DNA from: a virus
Length of the DNA: 64,000 bases
Direction: 5' to 3' (one strand)
IMG/VR virus record: IMGVR_UViG_3300027503_000009
Of the stretch, positions 46,763 through 55,949 are shown in pieces. The position numbers and the translations under genes were made by a program. The first letter of the stretch is position 1. Each line of letters opens with the position of its first letter. The notes under the pieces were generated by a model, which saw only the letters and a program-made list of their open reading frames with translations, had not been told where the DNA came from and did not search any database.

Positions 46763-49292
46763 CAATATAAAAACTACAGTTACAACAGTAACCAGAGGTA
46801 AAGGGGGAAGATTTGTTTCTACAAAAGGAATGGATGTTCCCAAAAATATTGATTTAGAAAAATCTTTAGTACAGATTTTAACACATTTAGTTGAATCACA
46901 AAAAAATTCTATACAATTTTATACTGGTCAAAATGAACAAACATCAAAATCTAATGAACATCTTTCTAGTATTGAAAATGAATTAACTAATATTGAAAAG
47001 ACTATTGGTGGTTTATATAAATTTTTTGACATAAAACAAAAAGAAGATAATCAAAAAACAATTGAAAGTCAAAAAATTGAACGTTTAACAGATAAACATC
47101 TTCAAAATATTCTTAGAATTGAGCAAGAACAATTAAATGAATTAAGAATGTTAAATGAGCAATTTATTGACTTTTTTGAAGTTCGTGAAAAAGAAAAAGC
47201 TGATGATGAACAAAGAAGAATAGAACGTGAAAGAGAAGCTGCACAACCACCACCAATTATGCAGCAATCACCAACACAACAAGCTACAAAAGAGCAAAAA
47301 AAGAATGAATCATTTTTTAGTTCATTTGGTTCAATAGCCAAATCAACTTTTGGTGGTTTAATGTCTTTTGGTAAATCATTGTTCTCAGGATTAGGTAAGA
47401 TATTTGGTGTCCTATTTAGTGTTGTTTCTGCACCATTTAAATTTATCTCATCAGCACTAGGATCAATTTTAAGTTTCATTCCTGGATTTGGAATAATTTC
47501 AAAGTTAATGCCTTCATTCAATATGGGATTAGGTGGCTTACTAAGTACATTAGGTATTGGTGCTTTAGGATATGTTGGTTTTAAATACTTAACAGATGAT
47601 AAGTATAAAACTGGTGTTGACAAATATATGGGTGGAATTCAGAAATTTTTTGCACCATTAATTGAAGGAATTAAAGGATTTTTTGATACACCAGTTGGAA
47701 AAGCCATCAGTAGCTTTGTGAATAATCTCTGGGAAAAACATATTAAACCTGGATTAGAAAGTATAAAAAATGGTATTATCACTACTTTAAAAACTTTTAT
47801 AGGTGAAGATAATTGGAAGAATATGTCAGAAACATTTACAACTATTAAAACTTGGATTTCTGATCATTTACCAAAAAGTTATAAAGAATTATCAGATTCT
47901 GTTAAAAATTTATCTAATAATATTGTAAATTTTTTTAATGTTATAATTAGTGTATTAAAAGAAATTTCTAATTATATTCCAGGTTTAAGTTCACTAAAAA
48001 ATATATCTCCACTTGAAGTACCTTTTATTAACCAAGAGTTGTCAAAAACAGCTTATACTACTGAGGGTTTATTTACTGGTTCAAGTGAACAGATGAAAAC
48101 ATTAATAGATTTATCTAGAGCAAAAGAGGGTGGTGGAGTAAGTCAAATAAACGCTTTAAGCGGTGCTGCTGGTTATCATCAATTTATGCCTTCCACATTT
48201 AAACATATTGCTGGAAAACTTTCTCAACAAGATAATTTTTTACAGGATGTAAATAAAACAGCTAGTGATTTGGGTATACAACAATTATCTAAACAAGATA
48301 TTTCTAAAATTCAGGCAGATTTTGAATCTTCTAAAAATAAATCAGAATATATTAAAAATTTATCTAAAGATATTCAAGATTTATTCTTTATTGCTTTTAA
48401 TAAAGATATTTTAGGAACTATGCAAAGAAGTCTTGGTAGAAAAGAAGTTTCTCCATTTGAAATGAAATTTGCTGGTTTTGGTACTGGAAATATTGTACCT
48501 ATAATAAAGGCAGCAGAAAGAAATGATCAAGATACCACATATAATATATTAAAACGTGAATATGCTAGAAATAATAATCAAAATATTCAATTATCCGAAC
48601 AAGATTTAAATTCTTTAACATATAATGGTAGTGATAAAGAATTTTATGAATTGGCTAAAAAAAGTAAGTATGGAAATTTTGAAAAATTAGTAACACAAAA
48701 TCCAAATTTATTTTATGCATTAGAAGGTAAAAAATATAATGAAAATAAATTATTGAAACCGCAAGAAACAATTGATCAATATAAAAAATATCTTAACATG
48801 GAAATTAAACAATCAAATGAAAAAAATATTGATCAAAATATAAAAGATATAAATTTAGAAAAAACAGTAGAAGATGCTAAAATAAAAAGATTAGGTGCAA
48901 CCGCTGGTGTAGGTATTATGGCTTATGGTTTAGATAAAATAACATCTATGGTGCCAAATAAAGGAGCACAATATGCAGGAAAATTTATTAAATGGGCTGC
49001 TCCTTTAACTACTTGGGCGCATCATACAAATTTTATAAATTGGATTTCTGCTGGTCAAGATCCTAATGATTTTCCTACTCCTGGTGTGGAAGGAATGCCT
49101 ATTCCTAGTTGGAATAGATCAAATATTAAAAATGCACCACCACCACTACCTTCTAATAATACACAACAACCAAATATTCAACCAATTACTATGGTTGGTG
49201 GATCTCCAGTAAATTCACAAACAACAATTATAAATCATAATTATAATAATGATAATTCAAAAAGAAATTTCACTGATAGCACTACACGATAA
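46746..49292 (+). CDS. tape measure protein with lytic transglycosylase-like domain
   Basis: 848 aa, coiled-coil N-terminus, Gly/Phe amphipathic and W-spaced repeats, E....N..SGAAG.HQFMPSTF lysozyme-like motif; follows gp26/gp51. Confidence 0.75.
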   Translation: MADQDNNIKTTVTTVTRGKGGRFVSTKGMDVPKNIDLEKSLVQILTHLVESQKNSIQFYTGQNEQTSKSNEHLSSIENELTNIEKTIGGLYKFFDIKQKEDNQKTIESQKIERLTDKHLQNILRIEQEQLNELRMLNEQFIDFFEVREKEKADDEQRRIEREREAAQPPPIMQQSPTQQATKEQKKNESFFSSFGSIAKSTFGGLMSFGKSLFSGLGKIFGVLFSVVSAPFKFISSALGSILSFIPGFGIISKLMPSFNMGLGGLLSTLGIGALGYVGFKYLTDDKYKTGVDKYMGGIQKFFAPLIEGIKGFFDTPVGKAISSFVNNLWEKHIKPGLESIKNGIITTLKTFIGEDNWKNMSETFTTIKTWISDHLPKSYKELSDSVKNLSNNIVNFFNVIISVLKEISNYIPGLSSLKNISPLEVPFINQELSKTAYTTEGLFTGSSEQMKTLIDLSRAKEGGGVSQINALSGAAGYHQFMPSTFKHIAGKLSQQDNFLQDVNKTASDLGIQQLSKQDISKIQADFESSKNKSEYIKNLSKDIQDLFFIAFNKDILGTMQRSLGRKEVSPFEMKFAGFGTGNIVPIIKAAERNDQDTTYNILKREYARNNNQNIQLSEQDLNSLTYNGSDKEFYELAKKSKYGNFEKLVTQNPNLFYALEGKKYNENKLLKPQETIDQYKKYLNMEIKQSNEKNIDQNIKDINLEKTVEDAKIKRLGATAGVGIMAYGLDKITSMVPNKGAQYAGKFIKWAAPLTTWAHHTNFINWISAGQDPNDFPTPGVEGMPIPSWNRSNIKNAPPPLPSNNTQQPNIQPITMVGGSPVNSQTTIINHNYNNDNSKRNFTDSTTR

Positions 49293-49303
49293 TTAATATA
49301 ATT

Positions 49304-49329
49304 AAGGGGAGCTTTTGGCTCCCCTTTTT
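49304..49329. terminator. rho-independent terminator between convergent tape measure and gp32
   Basis: AAGGGGAGC-ttttg-GCTCCCCTT followed by T tract. Confidence 0.85.
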
Positions 49330-49332
49330 CTT

Positions 49333-50208
49333 TTACCCATTTGCTAATTCTTGAAAATAATTTAGCTTATCATCTTCATCATCATTTGTTGTGTTATCCC
49401 AAGGTACATCATCACTTTCATCTTCAGCAACAAACTTTGGCTTACTTGTTGGTCTAGATACTTCTGGTTCTGAAGAAGTTCCTAGAACACTATCTAAACG
49501 CTTCTGTAGATCTTCATATGACTTAAAGTTCTTTGGATCTAAGAATTCTGAAAGATTATGCTGCTTATTCCAAAGTGATTCTAGCTTCTTATCATCACCA
49601 TCTAGAAGTGCAGATGGTGCTTCAAATTCAGACTTATCATAATTTGGATAACCTTCATACTTACGAATCTTTAGTTTAAAGTTTGCACCTTCCCAAAAGT
49701 CAAATGGATTAATTGCCTTTTCATCAGCAAACTGTGGATTCATTAGCTCATTAATCTTATCAAAAATCTTCTTACCATACTTGAATAAGAAAATCTTTCC
49801 TTCATTTTCTGGATGCTTTGGATCGCTAATAACAAGAATGTTGCTAATGTAGTTTAGCTTACGCTTGCGACTGCGAACTAGATCCTGATTTTCCTTAGAA
49901 CCAGTTGCCCAAAGCTTGCTATTTAGTTCTGTAACTGGATCATTTTGATTTAGTGTTGTAAGTGAATTTTCAATATACCACTTACCTGTTGGTCCCTGAA
50001 AACCATGATTCCAAATTCTAACCCAAGGAAGTTCATCCTTTGGTCCTGCTGGTAGAAATCTAATAACTGCAAAACCATTTCCAGACTTGTCTAGTTCTGG
50101 CTTCCAGAAACGATCATCTTCATAATTCTTTTGAGTTGTCTTTTCTAGCTCTGTTAGAAGAGAAGAAATAGCTGTACTTCTATTTGCCTTTAGCTTTGAA
50201 AAATCCAT
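49333..50208 (-). CDS. gp32: single-stranded DNA binding protein
   Basis: DDRFWK..DKSGNG.AVIRFLP, WYIENSLTT, YGKKIFDKI, GANFKLKIR, acidic tail. Confidence 0.97.
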   Translation of the reverse strand: MDFSKLKANRSTAISSLLTELEKTTQKNYEDDRFWKPELDKSGNGFAVIRFLPAGPKDELPWVRIWNHGFQGPTGKWYIENSLTTLNQNDPVTELNSKLWATGSKENQDLVRSRKRKLNYISNILVISDPKHPENEGKIFLFKYGKKIFDKINELMNPQFADEKAINPFDFWEGANFKLKIRKYEGYPNYDKSEFEAPSALLDGDDKKLESLWNKQHNLSEFLDPKNFKSYEDLQKRLDSVLGTSSEPEVSRPTSKPKFVAEDESDDVPWDNTTNDDEDDKLNYFQELANG

Positions 50209-50259
50209 ATAACGTATTATCCTTTATCGTGTATTGTATAACTACTTGTCCACATTTTC

Positions 50260-50288
50260 ATTATATCAGAAACTATTTATAATGTCAA
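50260..50288 (-). promoter_or_regulatory. sigma70 promoter TTGACA-17-TATAAT with nested late promoter TATAAATA (50274-50281)
   Basis: Minus strand TTGACA ttataaatagtttctga TATAAT upstream of gp32. Confidence 0.88.
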
Positions 50289-50290
50289 GT

Positions 50291-50506
50291 TTACCCTGAA
50301 CATTTTGATCTTAAATCTGAATTTTGTTGAAATAATTCCAACATTTGCTCTTTAAGAGTATCGTTTTCTATAGAAAGTTGAGTAATTTCCTCTAGATATT
50401 CTTCTTCACCGATAAAAACATCTTCTAACAACATATGTAATTGCATATTTTCTTGATATAAGTCAATTACTGCTTTTTGCAAAGATACAATTTGTTCTGG
50501 TGACAT
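50291..50506 (-). CDS. hypothetical acidic coiled-coil protein
   Basis: 71 aa ORF coupled to gp59 stop. Confidence 0.55.
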   Translation of the reverse strand: MSPEQIVSLQKAVIDLYQENMQLHMLLEDVFIGEEEYLEEITQLSIENDTLKEQMLELFQQNSDLRSKCSG

Positions 50507-51087
50507 TAACTTTCCTTGAAATAATGATCAATAATTTGTAAATATTTATCTTGATCAAATTTCAAGAAAGGAGAATATTTTTTAATTCTTTGAGAAAATT
50601 CTTTCCATATAACATCTTGAAACATTTTGTCCCATAATTGAAATAAGTTAAATTTCTTATCTAAGAAAATAAGTGTTTCTATACTTATCTCATTCTGCAA
50701 AACCATTGTTAAAATTTTTGGATATTGTTTATTTTTAATAAAAAAACAATTTTCATTTTCAAATATTAATTGACATTCATTTTTAAAAATATATTCAAAT
50801 GACTGTTGTTTCTTTGTCCATTCTGAATATACATCATCACATGAATCATCAAGATAATCTCCAATCCATATGTTTGGATTATATATCATATTTGAACAAA
50901 AAAAGTTTTCTACTTCTATTAAATTATTAAACTTCTTACCAAGTTTTTCGAAAAAATACTTATCTTTTCGTTTATTATATGTTTCTATTTTAACTCTTGT
51001 CTTTTTATTATATTTGAAATAATCATATTTTCCGGTGAAATGAGATTTAATAGAAACATATGTTGAATAAACTTGAAATCCTGTCAT
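50506..51087 (-). CDS. gp59: helicase loader
   Basis: Y..Y..IK.HF..KYDYFKY, KRKDKYFFEKL, ISIETL, KYSPFL. Confidence 0.9.
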   Translation of the reverse strand: MTGFQVYSTYVSIKSHFTGKYDYFKYNKKTRVKIETYNKRKDKYFFEKLGKKFNNLIEVENFFCSNMIYNPNIWIGDYLDDSCDDVYSEWTKKQQSFEYIFKNECQLIFENENCFFIKNKQYPKILTMVLQNEISIETLIFLDKKFNLFQLWDKMFQDVIWKEFSQRIKKYSPFLKFDQDKYLQIIDHYFKES

Positions 51088-51377
51088 ATAGGTAATTGAT
51101 TAATCTTTTTCAATAAATGTAAATCCATACCCTCATTATATAAATGACCTCTAATACTAGAATTTAATAATTGAGGAACATGTTCAATTGGTAAATCATG
51201 TTTTTCACAAAAGAAAACAATAGATTCCAGATAAGTTAATTTTTTTTCTTGTACTAGTTTTTCAATATTAGTACAAAAATAATTTTGTTTATGTCTAATA
51301 TTTTGATCTACTTGTACTTCAATTTCTTCTTCATCTTTAATTAATTCATCTTCTTCAAATAATTCATAGTTTTCCAT
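51084..51377 (-). CDS. gp33: late transcription co-activator
   Basis: F...IE.LV.....YLESIV.FCE.....E....L, ending LPI; adjacent to gp59. Confidence 0.82.
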   Translation of the reverse strand: MENYELFEEDELIKDEEEIEVQVDQNIRHKQNYFCTNIEKLVQEKKLTYLESIVFFCEKHDLPIEHVPQLLNSSIRGHLYNEGMDLHLLKKINQLPI

Positions 51378-52437
51378 GTGGTTTTGACTCCATTAATCCC
51401 GCATGAGTAATATGTACAAAATTTGTAATATACTTTAGCTCAGTAACTTCATTTGTTCCAGCATATGAACAACCGGATCTAATACCATCAATTAAACTAT
51501 TGATTACTTCTTTAGCCGAACCCTTATACTTGACTAAGGTTTCTACACCTTCAACATTGTTTGGATTTTCTCCACGATTGACTTTATCACCAAATGATGC
51601 TGAACCTCTATAAATCTTATACTTTTCGTTATTGTGGCCTAAAATGACATTTCCAGGTGCTTCATTAGTTCCTGCTAGTAATGAACCTACCATTACTGCT
51701 GTTGCTCCAGCAGAAAGTGCTTTTACAATATCACCGGAGTTCTTAATACCACCGTCAGCAATAAATGAATAATGATCTTCGTGTTCGAAGTTTTTCCAGC
51801 AATCCATTACACTATGTAATGTTGGAACACCAAAACCTGTAACAATTCTAGTAGTACATAAAGAACCACCACCGATTCCAATCTTCCATGTAACATACTT
51901 TCTAAACTCATACGGAATATTCATTTCAAGATTAGTAATACTATCTGATGTTGCAATATTTCCAATAATAATAGGAAACTTCTGTAACTTTGAATTTAAA
52001 TACCAAGTTTGAAGAACATTAGCAACTTTCTTACTATCTGCATGTGCAACATCTAAACATGCAATTACATTTGGAGAACAAATAGAATCAAGAATGGTGG
52101 AAACATCTTCATACCAATTATTACTTACTCCAAATGAAAATCCAATTGGATAACTTGGATATGTGCTTGTAAATTTATGAATAATATTTGCTACATCAAA
52201 TGATGGCATCATTCTATGAATAATGCCCATACCACCCATTTCTGCCATAGAAACACACATGTCATATTCGGTTACAGTTGACATGTTAGCAGATATAATT
52301 GGGACTTTTAAATTAATTGTTGAGGAAAGTGTAACCGATGTATTCACTTCACTTCTAGAATCCACAGGACTATACTTTGGAACTAGTAAAACATCATCAA
52401 ATGATAATACTTGAGGTATATTAAAATTATGTATCAT
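51364..52437 (-). CDS. guaC: GMP reductase / IMP dehydrogenase family enzyme (no CBS domains; GuaC-like)
   Basis: [27 protein letters not shown] (catalytic Cys), IADGGI, YRGSAS...NVEG; start set to ATG 52437 (GGAG SD). Confidence 0.75.
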   Translation of the reverse strand: MIHNFNIPQVLSFDDVLLVPKYSPVDSRSEVNTSVTLSSTINLKVPIISANMSTVTEYDMCVSMAEMGGMGIIHRMMPSFDVANIIHKFTSTYPSYPIGFSFGVSNNWYEDVSTILDSICSPNVIACLDVAHADSKKVANVLQTWYLNSKLQKFPIIIGNIATSDSITNLEMNIPYEFRKYVTWKIGIGGGSLCTTRIVTGFGVPTLHSVMDCWKNFEHEDHYSFIADGGIKNSGDIVKALSAGATAVMVGSLLAGTNEAPGNVILGHNNEKYKIYRGSASFGDKVNRGENPNNVEGVETLVKYKGSAKEVINSLIDGIRSGCSYAGTNEVTELKYITNFVHITHAGLMESKPHGKL

Positions 52438-52454
52438 AACAACTCCATTACTCA

Positions 52455-52483
52455 ATTGTATCAAAAAATAAGGGGTTTGTCAA
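52455..52483 (-). promoter_or_regulatory. sigma70 promoter TTGACA-17-TACAAT (TG-extended -10)
   Basis: Minus strand TTGACA aaccccttattttttga TACAAT upstream of guaC-like gene. Confidence 0.8.
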
Positions 52484-52492
52484 CCCCTTATT
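52462..52492 (-). terminator. rho-independent terminator after regA
   Basis: AATAAGGGGTT-gaca-AACCCCTTATT then TTTT on minus strand. Confidence 0.8.
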
Positions 52493-52910
52493 CAATATTT
52501 TCGTTTTGTCTCTTATACTTACCTATATTATATTTTGTTACTAATTCCCATTCACCTTTCTCTTTGTGAGAGATAATTTTAACTTGGGAGATGGGAGCTT
52601 TCTGCATTTGTTGAAACTTATCCTTATCAACAACAGTTAACAATTGCCACTCTTGTAAGAGATTAACGATAGTATTTCTACGCATAACATCATTATCACT
52701 GTAGTCTGCGCTCTTACCATCAAGCAAGAATAGTTCCTTAAAATGAACTATATAATACTTTCCTCTCTTATGTAGGATGTGACATGATTGGTAAAGCTTC
52801 TTTTCTTTCCTTGATGCCACACCAATTCTCGAAAGAGTCTCTTTTATCTTGAGGAAGTTGTCTGTATTTTCTCCAATATCAACTTCGATTAAAGTATCTA
52901 AAATTTCCAT
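52488..52910 (-). CDS. regA: translational repressor RegA
   Basis: DNFLKIKETLSRIGVAS, LYQSCHILHKRG.YYIVHFKELF.LDG, W.LV.KY.IG. Confidence 0.97.
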   Translation of the reverse strand: MEILDTLIEVDIGENTDNFLKIKETLSRIGVASRKEKKLYQSCHILHKRGKYYIVHFKELFLLDGKSADYSDNDVMRRNTIVNLLQEWQLLTVVDKDKFQQMQKAPISQVKIISHKEKGEWELVTKYNIGKYKRQNENIE

Positions 52911-52942
52911 AAATTACCTTCAATTCATATTATTTACATGGT

Positions 52943-53329
52943 TTAGTTTTTATCAATTCCACCTTTGAATAATTTCTTCTTTATGTATTCGAGATCTTCA
53001 TCAGATAAAATTGTTAAAGCTTGATATGCTTTTGTATTACTATAACCATAGTATTCTTTTACGGCTTCAAGATTCTCATTGTTTTCATTCTTAATCCAAG
53101 GAGAAAATCTTTTTCTCTTCCGTATAGAATATATATAAAAATCATATTGAAGCTTATTGTCCAATATGTAATTATATTTATTCATTACATTTGCATAATG
53201 TACTGTATCTGGAAAATAACTCAAGCAACGATTTACAACATAACCTGGATAGTTTTTCTCAGAAATTTCATCTATCATAACACTTTCTTTAGTGTTATTA
53301 ATACTGTTTAAATAATCTTTTAGTTCCAT
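52943..53329 (-). CDS. gp62: clamp loader small subunit
   Basis: YLNSIN.TK, VNRCLSYF.D, RKRKRFSPW, VKEYYGYS..KA. Confidence 0.93.
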   Translation of the reverse strand: MELKDYLNSINNTKESVMIDEISEKNYPGYVVNRCLSYFPDTVHYANVMNKYNYILDNKLQYDFYIYSIRKRKRFSPWIKNENNENLEAVKEYYGYSNTKAYQALTILSDEDLEYIKKKLFKGGIDKN

Positions 53330-54261
53330 TATTTAAATGTGCATTCTCCCATAATTTGAGCTAAACATGCAGTCATATTAATTTCCTGATCTGCCACAAA
53401 TGCTGCTTTATATTGATATTCAGCTAAAATTAAAACTAGAACCGGAATAGTTTCATTTGAAAGCTTTGGTATTAAGTTGTCATAGAGCATTCTGAAAATT
53501 CTAGTTTGATCGTTATCAATATTCATAGAAACCCATTTTCTAACCGCAGTGAAATCTTTTTCTTTTAGAATCTTAATTAATTCGTTGATTTCAATGTTGT
53601 TATCTGATAGTGCAGCAATTGATAGTGAGCCAATAGAATGTTTCTGTAGTTCGTTAATTGTTCGTCTAAAGTCAGGAAAATACTTTAGAATTAACTGAGC
53701 AAGAATTTTTTCATCAAATTCCACGTCCTGCTCAGTTAGAATATACTTCAATCTACCCATGAAGTCTTTTGCAAGTGTTGGTTTTTCTTCAGAAGGAATT
53801 CTGAAATCAACTACAGTACATCTTGAGTGTAGAGGTTCAATAATTCTATTCTTATAATTGCAAGTAAAAATAAAACTTGTATTATTACTAAATTCTTCAA
53901 TAAAACCTCTTAGTGCTGGTTGTGTTGAGTTAGCATTTAGATAATCTGCCTCATCTAGAATTACAACTTTTCTATTTGATTCTAGGCTTAGTGAACTAGC
54001 AAAATTTAGAATATCTGTTCTTAGTGTATCAATGTTACCATTCATAGACGCATTGATAACAATAAAGTCTACACCAAGTTGATTACATAATGCTTTTGCT
54101 ACTGTGGTTTTACCACATCCAGGACCACCTGAAAGAATCATGTTAGGAATTTTTCCAGTATTAACAATCTTCTGAAAAACTTTCTTATTATCTTTTGAAA
54201 GGATACAATCAGAAATCTTCTTAGGACGATAAATCTCAGTCCATAAAATCTCATTACGCAT
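53329..54261 (-). CDS. gp44: clamp loader ATPase subunit
   Basis: W.E.YRP, GGPGCGKTT, ILDEAD, HSRC, FPDFRR. Confidence 0.96.
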   Translation of the reverse strand: MRNEILWTEIYRPKKISDCILSKDNKKVFQKIVNTGKIPNMILSGGPGCGKTTVAKALCNQLGVDFIVINASMNGNIDTLRTDILNFASSLSLESNRKVVILDEADYLNANSTQPALRGFIEEFSNNTSFIFTCNYKNRIIEPLHSRCTVVDFRIPSEEKPTLAKDFMGRLKYILTEQDVEFDEKILAQLILKYFPDFRRTINELQKHSIGSLSIAALSDNNIEINELIKILKEKDFTAVRKWVSMNIDNDQTRIFRMLYDNLIPKLSNETIPVLVLILAEYQYKAAFVADQEINMTACLAQIMGECTFK

Positions 54262-54283
54262 AATATATAATCTCCAAAATATT

Positions 54284-54304
54284 TGGGGGAGTTATACTCC
54301 CCCA
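54284..54304 (-). terminator. hairpin after gp45 (probable leaky terminator)
   Basis: TGGGGGAGT-3nt-ACTCCCCCA perfect 9 bp stem, interrupted U tract. Confidence 0.6.
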
Positions 54305-54308
54305 TTAG

Positions 54309-54989
54309 TTAGTCATGAAATTCGCTTGAACTATGTAATGCAATAAAATACTTTATTGGAATTGTTGTATGTTCAAGCTTACACATTGGAATTGGATCTT
54401 TTGATACTGTAATATCATATGATCCTTTCATCATCTTCCAATTGTCAGGTGAAATGTTAACCTTATAATCAAATTCGGGTGTTTTGAAAAGATTAACACT
54501 ACCCTTTGCTGTTAGATTATTTTTAATGTCTTGATAATAAACAGTTGTTGTATTTTCTGAAGTGTTACCTTCAATTGTTAACATGTTTAGTCCGAAAATG
54601 CTACCTAAAGAATTAATCTTTGTAATATCATCTTCAATAAGACTTAATTTAATAATCGGATTTGTGATTTCAAGATTTTTCTTCACTGAATCAACAGTTT
54701 CTGGATCTGCATATGGATAATCAACAGAATATTTACCAGCAGAATGAATTACCATCTTGTCATCTTTAAATGTGATATCGCAACCATTAAAAGTATTAAT
54801 AACACTTAAAAACTGCTTTAGATTATAGATAGCAAATTCCTGTGGAAATACATCAGGAATTGTTGCTTCAGCAAAGATAGTTCTTTGGATTGATTTAGTC
54901 TTCAGAACATTACCTTTGTTAATGAAAATATTCTGATTAATTGTTGAAAAATTATACAGAATATCAAGAGTTTCTTTTGAAAGAATCAT
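54309..54989 (-). CDS. gp45: DNA polymerase sliding clamp
   Basis: LS..T..IL.NFSTINQ, FAIY.L.QFL, Y.YADP, YFIAL; adjacent to gp44. Confidence 0.88.
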   Translation of the reverse strand: MILSKETLDILYNFSTINQNIFINKGNVLKTKSIQRTIFAEATIPDVFPQEFAIYNLKQFLSVINTFNGCDITFKDDKMVIHSAGKYSVDYPYADPETVDSVKKNLEITNPIIKLSLIEDDITKINSLGSIFGLNMLTIEGNTSENTTTVYYQDIKNNLTAKGSVNLFKTPEFDYKVNISPDNWKMMKGSYDITVSKDPIPMCKLEHTTIPIKYFIALHSSSEFHD

Positions 54990-54991
54990 TA

Positions 54992-55903
54992 TTATTCCTC
55001 ATCTGAATCTGGTAGATTTAATACACTAACACCATCAAACTTAAAGTTTTCATCTACCTTTGAGTATAGTTCAAGGAAAGCAGACTTTGTTTCCATATCA
55101 AAACGATTGATACAGAGATTGATAGCCTTTTCCTTATTCTTAAATATAGCATAAGCATTTGCAATATGCAATAGACGACGAGTAGAAATTACTTCATCTA
55201 CAGCATCTTCAGCAAATGAACGACGAATTACGTCTGCCCAATTTACCAGATTCTTAACAAAATTTTCTGGAGGAACAACATCAACAGAATCAAAGAAACG
55301 ATTTAGAATCTTAGTTTCTGTTACAGCGTTTGGATAATCATGTTCAAATGTTGCAGCAAAACGTTCTAAGAATGCTTCATTTAGAATGTTTGTACCAATA
55401 AATCTGCCATCTTCTGAACCCTTACCCTTAGTATTTGCGGTTGCAAAAATATTGAAACCAACATGAGGACTAATAAATTGATTAATTTTCTTAACGAAAA
55501 TACCCTTACCTTCTAACACTGGCTGTAGACAAAGAAGTTTATTTGATCCAAGATCTACTTCGTCAAGAAGTAGTTTTGCACCACGCTTCATGGCAATAAT
55601 TACAGGACCATCTTGCCATACAGTTTCACCATTAATAAGTCTGAAACCACCGATAAGATCTTCTTCGTCAGTTTCAATCGTAATATTGACACGAATAAGT
55701 TCTTTCTTGTTTTCAGCACAAGCTTGATGAATCATAACAGTTTTACCATTACCAGATAACCCAGTAATAAAAATTGGATAAAACATATCAGATGCAACAA
55801 TTTGCTTAATATCTTTATATGATCCAAAAGGAACGAAATTCTTTTCCTTCACAGGCACATAAGCACTAGCTGCTGAAGCAGCTAAATTCATTACAGTTTC
55901 CAT
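54992..55903 (-). CDS. cobS: MoxR/CobS-like AAA+ ATPase
   Basis: GLSGNGKT, RVNITIETDEEDLIGG, LLDEVD, TANTKGKGS.DGRFIGTN.LNEAFLERF, ISTRRL. Confidence 0.9.
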   Translation of the reverse strand: METVMNLAASAASAYVPVKEKNFVPFGSYKDIKQIVASDMFYPIFITGLSGNGKTVMIHQACAENKKELIRVNITIETDEEDLIGGFRLINGETVWQDGPVIIAMKRGAKLLLDEVDLGSNKLLCLQPVLEGKGIFVKKINQFISPHVGFNIFATANTKGKGSEDGRFIGTNILNEAFLERFAATFEHDYPNAVTETKILNRFFDSVDVVPPENFVKNLVNWADVIRRSFAEDAVDEVISTRRLLHIANAYAIFKNKEKAINLCINRFDMETKSAFLELYSKVDENFKFDGVSVLNLPDSDEE

Positions 55904-55920
55904 AATATCTCCATAATTTA

Positions 55921-55949
55921 ATTATAACACATTTTTCTAAGCAGGTCAA
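55921..55949 (-). promoter_or_regulatory. sigma70 promoter TTGACC-17-TATAAT (TG-extended)
   Basis: Minus strand TTGACC tgcttagaaaaatgtgt TATAAT; -35 overlaps the TGA stop of the upstream gene. Confidence 0.8.
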
